Shown: positions 63,027-64,000 of the stretch, piece after piece
Position numbering within the stretch: position 1 is the stretch's first letter
How the letters are laid out: every line of letters starts with the position of its first letter
Assembly: GCA_009103225.1 (NCBI GenBank)
Contig: RHPI01002990.1
Coordinates: 576,767-640,766 of the forward strand
Direction of reading: 5' to 3'
Source of the DNA: Chlorokybus atmophyticus
Lineage: Eukaryota; Plantae; Mesostigma and Chlorokybus algae
Length of the DNA: 64,000 nucleotides
The notes under the pieces: generated by a model
What the model saw: the letters and a program-made list of their open reading frames with translations, nothing else
The model's database searches: none
Told to the model about the DNA's origin: nothing
Position numbers and translations under genes: made by a program

Positions 63027-64000
63027 TAATGCTGCTGCGGTGCGCTGTTACCGTACAATGCTGCAGCACCCGCTGTATCTGGCCTGTACGGCGCTGCTGC
63101 TGCGCGCGTTACAGCACATTTACGGGTGCAGCGGTGTACAAGCAAATGGTCGCGTGGCTGAGTGCACGGCAGCGCGCTGTCCCGTAACCCAGCAATTCAC
63201 GACACTTCGACCCAACGTTGCTACCAATTCACGACAAGTCGTTTGCTGCCAAATCCCTAATAAGAATCAAAACCCAAGGCATTTGACAATTGTTTGTAGA
63301 TCGTAATGTATAGCTTCCAATAGATGCAAGGTCATGTACACACGCACACGCAGCAAGCCAAGAGCAAACAGAACAGGGCAAATCAATGAATTCAAGCGAG
63401 AGCTTTACACTTACAACTTAGCTATGCAACTTGCATAGCTAAGTTCGCATTGCACTCAGCTACTTCAAGTAGCTGAGTGCAATGCGAGGGGCGGGCAGGC
63501 AGGTAGGCAAAGTAGAATAGCAAAGAAGCAGCAAGCAGACTTGTGCAGCAGGCGCTTGTATGGTTGGCTGTAGTGCAGGGAAGGACAAGGCAAGAGCGTA
63601 GCAGCAGCAAGCGCATGCAGGTTAGGCAGGGCAAAGGACGGGAGTGCTTGCTGTGCTGTGCAGTTGCTGCTGAGGTTGGCGGCTGCCAAGGTGTATGTGT
63701 GGTCTATTGGCTGTCGTGTAAGACCGGTGCTGTGTCTGAAATGGCTGCAGGGGATCGTAGGGCAGGTAGCAAGAATGAAGCCGTTGGGAGTTAGGCACAG
63801 GCAGCAACTCACATGACCTATTACATGACATCACTGCATATGGCTGCATAAGACCTATGTGTGTACTGAGGCTTATATGCCAGCATGCATAGAGGCCATC
63901 GTGCACATGTCATATGTGTCGACATAACATGTACGGGCAGTCACCACTGCTCCCCGCACCTTGGACAACCAACAACTTACCTCACTCACCTATGTGAGGT

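Overview
Eukaryotic, intron-rich DNA, most likely a green alga or early streptophyte with a flagellate stage (inference from GT-AG introns, microsatellite-filled introns, plant-type ADA1 and HOP genes, and an outer-arm dynein LC4-like gene). Spliced genes reconstructed by hand: (1) 2.2-9.4 kb (+), a secreted mosaic protein joining an Ole e 1-like N-terminus, a bacterial-type heparinase II/III-like lyase module, two MopE-type CDGxDxDCDG motifs and two bacterial-type beta-sandwich domains; (2) a tentative uncharacterised gene at 9.5-11.8 kb (-); (3) SAGA subunit ADA1-like, 12.0-15.0 kb (+); (4) HOP/STI1 co-chaperone, 16.1-19.7 kb (+); (5) a type I membrane protein with Cys-rich repeats, 21.9-25.1 kb (-); (6) a PMP/beta-helix-repeat multipass membrane protein, 49.8-56.9 kb (+); (7) an LC4-like EF-hand protein, 57.3-58.5 kb (-). 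The 28-48 kb interval is a transposon nest. It holds a solo LTR, a degenerate minus-strand Ty3/gypsy element with a C-terminal PHD finger split into two parts, a decayed plus-strand chromovirus with both LTRs and a Dam-methyltransferase-like segment between gag and protease, a cluster of TA-flanked MITEs, and a dispersed repeat also found at the window start. There is also a pre-miRNA-like hairpin at 10.6 kb, a 56-bp near-perfect palindrome at 58.7 kb, long microsatellites and four N gaps. No tRNA, rRNA or CRISPR array was recognised. All domain calls come from motif recognition by eye, not database searches.
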